This document shows, piece by piece, positions 40,816 through 51,734 of a stretch of DNA of 64,000 bases (position 1 is its first letter; each line of letters starts with the position of its first letter). The notes below the pieces were generated by a model. The model saw only the letters and a list, made by a program, of their open reading frames with translations, was not told where the DNA came from and ran no database searches. The stretch is from Octopus sinensis. Taxonomy: Eukaryota. The stretch is from NCBI RefSeq assembly GCF_006345805.1, contig NC_043009.1:17484001-17548000 (forward strand), in the 5' to 3' direction. A program made the position numbers and the translations under genes.

Positions 40816-43800
40816 ATTTATCCTGCATTATATTGGCACAACCCAAAAAACTGCTATTGCCAGTTGCTATGATTAAGCTGTAACAGGTATAATAAAGTAG
40901 GAGCTTTTATATGTACGCTCAAAAACGTTTCCCCTAAACAAACTTCAATGATATAAATATATACACACACACACACACACACATATATATATCTATATGT
41001 GTGTGTGTGTGTGTATATATACATATATACACACACACACACACACACATCCTTCTGTAACATCATGTGTTAGTGAGTCGATACATATTGTCTATAATAC
41101 CCTTTTTTTAAAAAATCCTGCCAAGGATAAGACAACCCTATAAGCACTGTTACCACTACAAAATGTCACTCGCTCACTCTGTATCATTGCTGATGTTAGG
41201 AAAAGCACCCTACGCTAAAAATGGAATGTACAAGTGAGATGTGTTTCCATGGACTCTTCCAAGTGGGTAGTAATTATGATTATGATCTGTCTCAGTCTAT
41301 GGCAACTCATATGCCCCATGCCAGCATGGAGTGTATATTGAAAATGATTACTTATATATTTATATAAATACATATATAAAGGGTATGTGTTTGTATAGAC
41401 ACATATGGTGGGATAATAATTTAAAAAGGCATTTTCACAAGTAGTTTTGTTACTTAGCTAAACTAAACTATAGTGTGAAATTCAGTGAATGTTAACAGAA
41501 ATTCCTGAACTATACCAAAAGCTATACAGCACAATGCGAAATGTAGTTGCAAGTAAACAGTAGACAGATTCTGATTGGTGGGGAAATGTCATTTGGAACA
41601 GCAAATCAGGTAAAGGATCGGATATAATCAAATGTGGAAAGAGTAGCAAATGAAACAAAAACGTTAAACCAGAAATGTATACATTTTAAATGTACTTAGA
41701 TGAATTTTAAAATTGTTTTTATACTTTAAACTGCTACTCAATCATAGAGAAACTTGAAAGGAGATGAAAAAAAAAATGTCTTTCCTCCTAAGTTTCTAAC
41801 ATTTACTTTCATTATATATTCTACATGAGTGTCCTTAGCTTACACAAACAAAAGAGAGCTGAGAAAATCTTTAAATAAAGTTACAAACCAAATAATATCA
41901 CTATTTAGATGTTATTTAATCTTCATCATCATTAATTTTATTATTTACTTTTGTCAGAGTAGATAATGGCATTTTCATTCGAGAGGAATTTTGTCCAGCA
42001 TTTGTGAACTTTGTTTCATTTATTGAAGAAAAACCGTTAAGTAGTGATGTTTTGCAAGATAAAAGAAGATTCTCAAACTTTTCAGAAGAAAGTTATAGAA
42101 GAGAAAGTGATCTAACTGTTAAGAACTTTCAGGATTTCTTTTTTTTTTTATAGTAATAATTAATAACATTTTATAAAAATAAGGAAAAATTATAGCTGAA
42201 CCACTGATTAGCCCTTGGGTATCAATTAGAGCTGCTGTACCATTAGGCTCATCTTCACAAATGCATGTTAAGGAAAAAGAGATATCATTCTCGGTGTTTT
42301 AACTGTCAGCAGCTAGTTATAGTGTATATGGTTTTTGTTGTTTTTTGTTTTGTTTTTAAGTAAATACCTTAAAACGCTCTTGTGTGTCAATGTACTAATG
42401 ATGAACGAAAATAATTGAAAACAAAGGATAAAATAAAACAAAATGATTAAAACAGAAAATAATAAACAAAAATAAACAAAAGATTTTTTAATGAAAATAA
42501 AAAAAGCCTTCAATTAAATCATTGTTAGTTTAAATTTTTTATTGATATATATATTTATTTATTTATTTATATATTTTAAAAAGATGTCTTTTATCACTGA
42601 AAATATTAATATGAAATTTAGGGGTTTGTAAATGATATCCATAACGTGGTAAGTAGTATCCATAAAATGGTAAGAAACAGAGTCTTACTGCATTACATTT
42701 CCTACTCTCATAAACAATCATCAGCAAAGAATTAGCTAACAATCAAGGAGAAAGTCAAATGAGAGAAGTGTTTGGAAGAGTATATATAGATACATATATA
42801 AAAAAAAAAAATTTTAACTGGTATAAAATCTGGTGAGCCTGAAAAAAATTTCATGCAGATCAAACGTACATTTCTTTTCTGTTTGTTTTCACCAAATTCT
42901 CCCCACTGCCTCTATCTTTATTACTTTCAGCTAAATAGAGTAAATAGCAGCAGGTAGAAATTTTAAACAGATTATCACTAAAATTACGTTTTAGTTTTAT
43001 ATTTAACTTTGATAAGATTCTGAATTAGTTATGTTTATAATACACAAATTAAAATTGAAAATATCCTATTGGAGGTTCCAGTGAAGTAAAAATTGTGTTT
43101 ATAAATTGCTGCTGCACACTAGCATATAATTTCTTTTGACTAGGCACTAGGCCATATGTTTTCAGGGTAGGGGTAAACGGAATATTCCAGCCTTCAAGGT
43201 TTTTCCAAAGAACATTATTATAAGTAGTCAAGTCAAACAGCTTTAGCAAGGATTGAAACTGTGTTGCTGAAATGGCTAGCAAAGTGCTTACCTCTTCATC
43301 TGCAGCACTCACTCTGTGTGAGTGCATGTGTTGTGTGCATGCATGTGTGTGTGTGCATGTATGTGTGTGTGTGTATATAATACTTATTTTAAACTTACTC
43401 ATATGTAGGGAAAATATCTTGTCTATTAATCAGATTCCACATTTGATTAACTAATGATTAAAAAAAAAAGACCCTGATAAAAAAAAAAAAGCAGTTGTGT
43501 CATTACTACACTATTCCAGTGCAAATCAGAGAGACTGCAAAATTTTCAAATAAAGAGAATAGTTATACATCAGCAGATAGTTCATCTGGCTTTGCTTGAC
43601 CCAAGGACAAGTGACTGGCAATTGGAAGCTTTTTTAGAATGTCTTAGAAGAACTGCTTCATTAGCAGTCAGTTTTAGTAAATAATATTTAAAACTGAAAT
43701 CTAAAAACAGCAGTACATGAGACAACATACAATGATAAGAAAACTATTGATAAATGAAATGTTAAGGAAACAAAAGAGGAACAAAAAATACAATAAAATA

Positions 43801-44987
43801 AATGGCATACTGTAGAGGGGGAAATAAAAATCTAAGGACGGCCTTAAACATATGGGATAAGGGTTTTTTTTTTTTTATGGACTTGTTTTGAAATGGCAGT
43901 TGGACACCTGAACCAGACACTTCCAGATCACAGACTGTAAAATACACTGGTAACGGAACCAGCAGATGAAGACGTATAATTGCCTTGTAGCAGCAGACAA
44001 TTATATTTCTTTTATATAATTGTGTAGATTTCAAGCAGAAAAATCTAACAGAACAGTATTAAAAACAAATGGGAAATAGAAAGAAAGCAAGAAAGACTGA
44101 ATGTATCAAGATTTACACAAGTTATCTTCAAAATGGTGGCTTCTCTTTCCAGAATAAAAAGTTGTGTAATGGATGTAGGAGATATAAATTCAACAAGAAT
44201 TATCCTCGGGTAAGTAAACTGTATACTTCTGTAAAAATTATAGAATTTTTTTTCTCTTTTTAATATATATTCTGAACCTTATAAAAAAAAATAAATAAAT
44301 AAATAAAAAAATCTCAAATTTTGAGTGGGGGGAAAAAAGAAAAAAATAATTTCTGAAAGCTGAAAAAGTATACCAAAGTTAAAAGTTACACAAAAAATTT
44401 GATTTTTCCGTATTCATGTGCCAACTAGCAAAAAGATTGAAAGAGATTTATCAGATAAGTTAGCATATATTCACAAGCTTTTGACTTTTATAGACACTAA
44501 ACAAAACTTTGGGAATCATTTTTAGTGGGAGAGAGGGGTGTTTTTTCTTCCTGTTTAAAATAAGAAAAACAATGTAAATCTCTTTTTAGTTAAGGATGAC
44601 TTGGCTCCTCTTATTTTACGGGCAAAGTACAAAAACTATACAGAATAAATTTCCTAGGTGACATCATGCTAATGAGAGAGAGAGAGAAAGAAAGAAAAAC
44701 AGAGAGGAGAAAAGAGATTCAAAATTAGAGGGAGAAGGAGAGTTAATTTCAGAGAACATATAAGCTTTTATCTCTTTTCTTGTAAAATAAATAGATAAAA
44801 ACAAAGAACAGAAAGTTAAGTATTCATTAGCTTCTATCTGAAATTCTACTTATAATCTGAATTTATCATCTGAAATCACTAGGATTGGCTGGAGCATGAA
44901 GTGGACAACTATTCTGGTCAACAGTATTCTTCAAGAATCACTGATAGCAGTAGCATTCCAACAGCAACCAAATAAAACAACCACACC

Positions 44988-46625
44988 TTATGTGGTGAAC
45001 TCAAATCGCCAAGGGTGGGCCTTAATTTTGTGCAATCGAAGTGCATCTGATCGCTTGCAGTTCTTGCCACAGATTTCACACGTAAATAGAACAAGGCCTG
45101 CACAAGTCTTTTCGTGCCGATTTTTATTTGTTCGAAATGTAAATGCTGCACCACACACTTTACACAATGACCGGTTATGCTCACGCTGGCTATGAGCTTC
45201 GAAGATGCCCCAGTTCTGAACTTCGAATGCACAGAAACTGCACTGAAAGTGCCCTCTTTCGTTGAAATTTGGTTTTTGGCTAATTTGGTTGCGATTATGC
45301 TGACTGGCTGATGCTCGGACTTTCCGAGACAATGCAGAGCCAAACAGCTGTGATGACATAGAAAACTTAGAAGCAGCTCGCTGAAGGGTTACCTCGTATG
45401 TTGACTTTACAGTACCACTGGACTGTACTTGGAAATTTGGAGAGGTTGAGTCTAATGGGGGGAAAGTAAGGACAGAAGAAGACTGGCTTTGCTGAATAGG
45501 TGAGCTATTTGGCAAACTATCAGCATGCTGACTTAAATCAACACCTTCTAAATTCATGTCGGATTGACCGTTCATGTTTTGGTTATTTTCATAGCCATTA
45601 TCTGGTGGCTCTGGCTTCACAACAACTTCAAAATCTGGGCTTTGTTGTTCAGAGGACATGTCATTTGAGGCAGCAGAACCATCTGCTCTTAGTGAAGTCT
45701 CTGAGACGGAGGACAAAGCAGTTTCATTCTGCGTGGAGTTTTTCATCTGCATATTCTCTGTGGTTTCATGATGACTTGCAAAAACATTCATAACCCGACT
45801 AGCTTCACTTTGGATCTGCTGTTTCCCACAAAATCCTGAACGTAAGTGATTGCGTAGGTGGCTATGGCTCCGGAACATAGCACTACACATCATGCATTTT
45901 GTAAATCGTCCTCTCTGCGACTGCAAAACGGAGGAACGGATTTTGTTCCGTTTTGAACTAGTTAGTAACTTTCCCAAGATTGAACCCTGACCCGATGCGG
46001 ATGCTGCTGAGGCAGCATGAGCTGAATGAAAGCTGGGCATTATTGCAGATCCTGATGAAAACTGAGAGCTGCTACTTTGAAGTCTCATTGATGTCTCACT
46101 TTGGAGTCGCATTCTGCTTTCAGACTCGATGGTGTCAGGGAAAGCAGTTGCTCCATAAGAATTCTGCAAATGTAAGTTGTTCTCTGCAACAATGCGGCAG
46201 CTTTCATCCTTAACCCCAGGGATGTCAAGGACGGAAGAGATTTCTTGAGCAGATTCATTTCCATAGGAAAGTTCACGTTGGTTGGCATTTGAGGAAACAG
46301 ATCCATCAATGCCATTGCTCATTGCATAGCTTGGATCATGCCCATTCTCCTGGCTAGACTGAGCCTGGCAGTGATTGAAGTGGTCATCATGTCTTACAGA
46401 GTGGACTGATGACTTTGGACAATTGTTCTTTGATGTGCTACTAATGCTGACGTTTCTAAGTTTCTCGTGGATCTTTACAACAATCTGATTGTCGGGTTCC
46501 TCAGTAGCAATACAGATGATACCATCAATTTCAAGGCGGCTACTATGCTCCGAATCTAACTGCTCACAGCACAGCTTTATGACGGCATCATAGATGAGTT
46601 TGTTTAATTTCAGTTGGCCAGCCAT
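44988..46625 (-). CDS. C2H2/C2HC zinc-finger protein, ~545 aa, entire CDS in one exon
   Basis: Uninterrupted ORF. The track start at 46646 is GTG; the first ATG is at 46625 in strong context (AAGATGG). Fingers: CMMC-X12-H-X5-C; CSFC-X12-H-X4-H; CKVC-X12-H-X3-C; CEIC-X12-H-X4-H. The Ser/Gln/Asn-rich linker is typical of transcription factors. Stop TAA at 44990-44988. Confidence 0.92.
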   Translation of the reverse strand: MAGQLKLNKLIYDAVIKLCCEQLDSEHSSRLEIDGIICIATEEPDNQIVVKIHEKLRNVSISSTSKNNCPKSSVHSVRHDDHFNHCQAQSSQENGHDPSYAMSNGIDGSVSSNANQRELSYGNESAQEISSVLDIPGVKDESCRIVAENNLHLQNSYGATAFPDTIESESRMRLQSETSMRLQSSSSQFSSGSAIMPSFHSAHAASAASASGQGSILGKLLTSSKRNKIRSSVLQSQRGRFTKCMMCSAMFRSHSHLRNHLRSGFCGKQQIQSEASRVMNVFASHHETTENMQMKNSTQNETALSSVSETSLRADGSAASNDMSSEQQSPDFEVVVKPEPPDNGYENNQNMNGQSDMNLEGVDLSQHADSLPNSSPIQQSQSSSVLTFPPLDSTSPNFQVQSSGTVKSTYEVTLQRAASKFSMSSQLFGSALSRKVRASASQHNRNQISQKPNFNERGHFQCSFCAFEVQNWGIFEAHSQREHNRSLCKVCGAAFTFRTNKNRHEKTCAGLVLFTCEICGKNCKRSDALRLHKIKAHPWRFEFTT

Positions 46626-46670
46626 CTTTGCAGGAGAAGAAATCACAGCCAGACTGGTAAGAAACCCAGG

Positions 46671-46720
46671 ACTGCAAATAGAGAAAATAAAAGGTTAGAA
46701 TAAGGAAATATAAGGAAACA
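46671..46720 (-). promoter_or_regulatory. Splice acceptor of the zinc-finger coding exon
   Basis: The minus strand reads tttccttattctaaccttttattttctctatttgcag|tcctggg, with a branch-like ctaac, a polypyrimidine tract and AG at 46673-46672. The exon starts at 46671, 46 nt before the ATG. Confidence 0.8.
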
Positions 46721-47956
46721 AGCATCAGAGTCAGACAATAAGTACCACACACACACACACACACATGCACTCATACATACATACACACACGCATATCAAA
46801 TGGAAAGGAATTAAAGGATTACATTGGTAGATAAGAGTTGTATAGAGAGAGGCAGTGAAATGAAAATGTAGGAACAGGGAGAAGGAATATGTTGATGTTT
46901 TGACAATAAGTAAATGTTACAGAAGAGGGTAATGAGAATGTAGATACAAGAGGACTACACAGAACAATGGATAAGGAGTACTTGTGATACAAATGTGAGA
47001 GAGAGACAGTCAGACAGACTGAGGCAGAAGCATAATATTCTCTAAAGTGGAATTCTTCCCCAACTGTTTCAGATCAATCAGCATAGAGTGTGGAGGATGG
47101 CAAAAATGTTGAAAATATGAATTTGCTAAGGTAAAGATTGTATAAATATGATAAATATAGACTAAAATTAGTAATTAGCAATCAAAGTAAATGACTATTT
47201 CTTCCTTCAACTGATAGCCCACTGGCTCAGGTTAAAAGACCAATTTTATTTTGCATGACAAAACTTGACCACATCTCTCACAATTGACTCAGCACAAATT
47301 GAAAAGAAGTGGCCTACAGAACTCTAACTTGCTCATTTTAGTCATCAGAACTCTCTCTCCCTCTCTGATTAACTATACATTTCTCAAGCATCTTGAAAAT
47401 GTCTGTAAAAAAGAGCTTCAAAAACAAAGAAGAACAAAACAACTTCAAAGAACTCAAGAGCTCTTGGATTCCAGAATAGCTACTGGAGTAAAAAGATTTG
47501 TTTCTTGTTAAATTAAATGTTTCAATCAACATAATTTATTGCAATCAGATATATCGTTTTAACTTTGATGGTTAAAACCTGCAATTATTTTGAGAACAAT
47601 AATTAAATATATACACAACTTACTTCCTCGTACTGCCACCTTCTCTATCCTCCTTCACCACCCCACCTCAAAAGCATTTAATCATTGATCTGTTGAATAA
47701 TCCAACCTATGCCATCATAAAATTGAAGGGGATAATGATGTACATATACATATATAAATATATTAGAAGGTTTGGAGATGATGTATTAGAAGAAATAAGG
47801 TGCTCAGAAACCTGGATGGATATATATTTACAGATTTTTATTAATATGTCACATGTTTTTATAAACCATATATAAATATATGAAGTTTTTTTGTAAAAAG
47901 CAATTGATACGGTCACAAGATATATACATGGTGTATATAATACACATAATATATAA

Positions 47957-47994
<38 letters not shown>

Positions 47995-48003
47995 GTTTAA
48001 ATA

Positions 48004-49247
48004 TTTGTTGTGCAAGATTTTTTATGTGAAGTCGTGTGTTGAAACAGATATTGTTATATTTCGGAATGGTCATATTGCCAGTTTAGCCAATAAAAACACA
48101 CGCACTATATTTTGGTGTTATTTTGCTTCAGTGATATTTATTTTTTACATTAATCTTAATCTTATTTCGGCCAAGTTCTTTCGTCACACTCCTGTGACCG
48201 CATCAGTGGTCCTTTGTTTTCTTCTCACTTACTTGTGTCTCTCCTTACTAACCGTCAGCCATTTTGTATTTCTATTGTATGTCTTCATTTGCGCATGCTT
48301 ATATCTCTATGTGCGTCTATGTTTATTTAGTGTGTGTGTGGGGGGGATGCCTGTAATATTTGTATCTTCTGGTTATATACATTCTTGTAATTTGTATTTT
48401 GTTTTTGTTGTTGTTGCTTTTGTTCTAATTTTGTTCATGTGTTTACATCCACCCATTATTATCATTACATATGCTTGTATGTATGTATAACCAAATATTA
48501 GTAATAATAATAATAAATCTAATCGAAAAAAAAAAAATATAATATATTAATATATATATATAATATATATATATATACATATACACACATAATACAATAT
48601 ACTATATATATATATATACACATATACATATATATAGTTATTCATTTCTATTTCTTTAATTATCTGTGTATTTATTATGTTTGCAGGATCCACTATCGTC
48701 ATATGTTGTGGTGTGTGCTATTGCTCCATTCTAGTTTTCTATTCAGGCTAGGTTTATTTTCTATTATATGTGTAGCTTCTGTAATTTGTCTAATTGTTGC
48801 ATCTGTTCTATGTGTGGACAATATCTTAATCTCTATGTTATTGATTGATCCCCCGTGTTCTTGTTCGGCGTGTTGGTACAGAATCGATGAGCTTTTACCT
48901 TCCTTGAGTTGTCTCCAATGTTCATTCACCCGCTCTCCAATGCTTCTTGCTGTTTCCCCTATGTATGTTACTGTCTTGTTACTGCATCGTCCCTCTATAC
49001 ATCTTATACTATAGACCACATTTCTGGCTTTACAGTTTGTATGTGGGCTAAATCTACATACAGTGCAATAGTTATCCGTACAGAGAGTTCTACTAAAAGG
49101 ATATGTTCTACTAATTATAGATCTGATAGGGTTGCCTGGCTTTTCAACAACCTTAATTCTTAGTTTAAGTTTATCTAGGGTCCTTCTAAAGCGGTACACC
49201 AGTTCACCTCCAGGGGTGGTGTCAACGAACATGACACTCTGGTATTT
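48004..49247 (-). mobile_element. 5'-truncated Penelope-like element (GIY-YIG endonuclease end plus pLTR)
   Basis: ORF 48699-49322 has CTDNYCTVC..HTNCKARNVVYSIRC..YIGETARSIGERVNEH..HAEQEH..E..HI..PSLN, the PLE GIY-YIG domain with its Cys/His motif. The frame is open from the truncation point at 49247. Confidence 0.92.
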
Positions 49248-49695
49248 ATGTGGTCTATAGTATAAGATGTATAGAGGGACGATGCAGTAACAAGACAGTA
49301 ACATACGTAGGGGAAACAGCAAGAAGCATTGGAGAGCGGGTGAATGAACATTGGAGACATCTCAAGGAAGGTAAAAGCTCATCGATTCTGTACCAACACG
49401 CCGAACAAGAACACGGGGGATCAATCAATAACATAGAGATTAAGATATTGTCCACACATAGAACAGATGCAACAATTAGACAAATTACAGAAGCTACACA
49501 TATAATAGAAAATAAACCTAGCCTGAATAGAAAACTAGAATGGAGCAATAGCACACACCACAACATATGACGATAGTGGATCCTGCAAACATAAAAATAC
49601 ACAGATAATTAAAGAAATAGAAATGAATAACTATATATATGTATATGTGTATATATATATATATATGTATATGTGTATATATGTGTGTATATATG

Positions 49696-49763
<68 letters not shown>

Positions 49764-50253
49764 TTTTTTTTTTCGATTAGATTTATTATTATTATTACTA
49801 ATATTGTTGTTATACATACATACAAGCATATGTAATAATAATAATGGGTGGATGTAAACACATGAACAAAATTAGAACAAAAGCAACAACAACAAAAACA
49901 AAATACAAATTACAAGAATGTATATAACCAGAAGATACAAATATTACAGGCATCTCCCCCACACACACACTAAATAAACATAGATGCACATAGAGATATA
50001 AGCATGCGCAAATGAAGACATACAATAGAAATACAAAATGGCTGACGGTTAGTAAGGAGAGACACAAGTAAGTGAGAAGAAAACAAAGGACCACTGATGC
50101 GGTCACAGGAGTGTGACGAAAGAACTTGGCCGAAATAAGATTAAGATTAATGTAAAAAATAAATATCACTGAAGCAAAATAACACCAAATATATAGTGCG
50201 TGTGTTTTTATTGGCTAAACTGGCAATATGACCATTCCGAAATATAACAATAT
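49248..50253 (+). mobile_element. Second, inverted 5'-truncated copy of the same Penelope element
   Basis: ORF 49250-49570 is nearly identical (YVGET vs YIGET, RHLK vs RQLK). The sequence is the reverse complement of 48048-49021 apart from the internal microsatellite and a few SNPs. Confidence 0.92.
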
Positions 50254-50265
50254 ATATATATATAT

Positions 50266-50447
50266 ATTTATATATAGAGGGCATTATACATCCATGCCAG
50301 ATGGCATTATACATACATGCCACACGCTAAGAGGGACATTTAGTCATTTCTACCATTTGGTAGAAATGACTAAATGTCCCTCTTAGCGTGTGGCATGTAT
50401 GTATAATGCCATCTGGCATGGATGTATAATGCCCTCTATATATAAAT
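50266..50447. repeat. Perfect 182-bp palindrome (90-bp arms, 2-nt loop)
   Basis: Arms 50266-50355 and 50358-50447 were checked base by base and are exact reverse complements. Loop tt at 50356-50357. Confidence 0.95.
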
Positions 50448-50563
50448 TAATATGTTCAATAAGAAATAATTATTTTCGAAATTTTTTCTCTTATGAGGTT
50501 TTCACGCTATCTACCTGACAATTTCTTGTTAAGTTTTCCTTATTAAGTAGTTGTCCTTAATTG

Positions 50564-50609
<46 letters not shown>

Positions 50610-50650
50610 ATATAAATAACAAAGTTATTTTATACCACATAGGTAGAAAT

Positions 50651-51135
50651 ATAGGAAAAGAAGCAGTTAAAAATGCACTGAGAATAGTTAGATTTATTCT
50701 TTAATTATATTTAAAGCTTTAACCAGTTTCACTGTTTAGACTGATTTTCAAAAAGTTCAAATAGAAAGACGTGGCTTATGTCACAGCTGTTTTGCTTCTG
50801 ACTAGTGTTTGAAGCTTGTCCTATTTTTATAGGGAGTTCATGGCTCAAATTAGTATATGTTTTTAATAGGATTTGATTGGTAGAGGATAGTCACATGACT
50901 GGTCTTACAAATTTTTGTAGGTTCCCTACTACGTTCATTTGAGCCATGAACTCCCTATAAAAATAGGACAAGTTTCAAACACTAGTCAGAAACAAAACAA
51001 CTGTGACATAAGCCACGTCTTTCTATTTGAACTTTTTGAAAATCAGTGTAAACTGGGAAACTGGTTAACGCTTTAAATATACTAATAAAAAATATTTTAA
51101 CAATTCTCAGGGCATTTTCAACTTCTATTTTTCAT
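50651..51135. mobile_element. Fold-back element with ~190-200 bp imperfect inverted arms and 86-nt spacer (MITE- or inverted pLTR-like)
   Basis: 50651-50850 is the reverse complement of 50937-51135. Inner parts are near-identical (ttcaaaaagttcaaatagaaagacgtggcttatgtcacag; tgtcctatttttatagggagttcatggctcaaat). Flanked by (TA)n. Confidence 0.8.
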
Positions 51136-51138
51136 ATA

Positions 51139-51210
<72 letters not shown>

Positions 51211-51304
51211 CATATACATTGTATGTGTGTGTATACAAACTACAGTGCCACATGGTAGTGAGATGTGAGTCCTGAATGCAGATGATATGTAGACTAAAAA
51301 AAAT

Positions 51305-51580
51305 GAAACTAGGATGCTCTGCTGGATGTGCAACAGAGCACTAGAGTATTAAGAAACAAGTTAGGCATAAGATGAACTATATGTAGCGTGCAAGAGAAGA
51401 GATTGCGCTAATTTGGTCATGTGATGTGGATGGATGAGGACAGCTGCATAAAAAAGTGGAGGTAAGTTGTAGAAGAGGGTGACCCAGAAAGACATAGGAC
51501 AAAGTATCAAAGGCCAATCTCAAAACACTGAGTCTCACAAAGGAGATGACAGTCGACTGAGATATATGGTGCATTGCTGT
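51305..51580 (+). mobile_element. RTE LINE RT C-terminal/3' fragment
   Basis: Decayed translation resembles R..FGHVM.MDEDSCIKK...R.R.RKT...DL..LSLT.EMT.D...W, typical of the RTE clade. Confidence 0.65.
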
Positions 51581-51734
51581 ACTCAAGAACCCCACCACCA
51601 CCATCACAACAGAATTGATATACTAAAACCAAGGTGCCACACAAAAAGCACTGGTGTTGGTCTTGGTGCCATGTAAAAAGCAGCCTTCAACTTTTTTCCT
51701 AACGGGTTATATATATATATATATATATATATAT

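Noticed and set aside
44896-46315. Overlapping ORFs 44896-45195, 44918-45343, 45500-45793, 45980-46213, 46085-46315
   Set aside because: Shadow or antisense frames of the zinc-finger CDS with no recognisable motifs.
46626-46646. ORF-track start MISSPAK of the 552-aa ORF
   Set aside because: The codon at 46646 is GTG. The first ATG, in strong Kozak context, is at 46625.
47284-47511. Protein-like ORF (LKHLENVCKKELQKQRRTKQLQRTQELLDSRIATGVKRFVSC)
   Set aside because: No recognisable family or splice context. Possibly a TE remnant, but unsupported.
47957-50169. Hydrophobic ORFs 47957-48490, 48703-49014, 49255-49602, 49810-50169
   Set aside because: Antisense readings of the Penelope arms and their A-rich UTRs.
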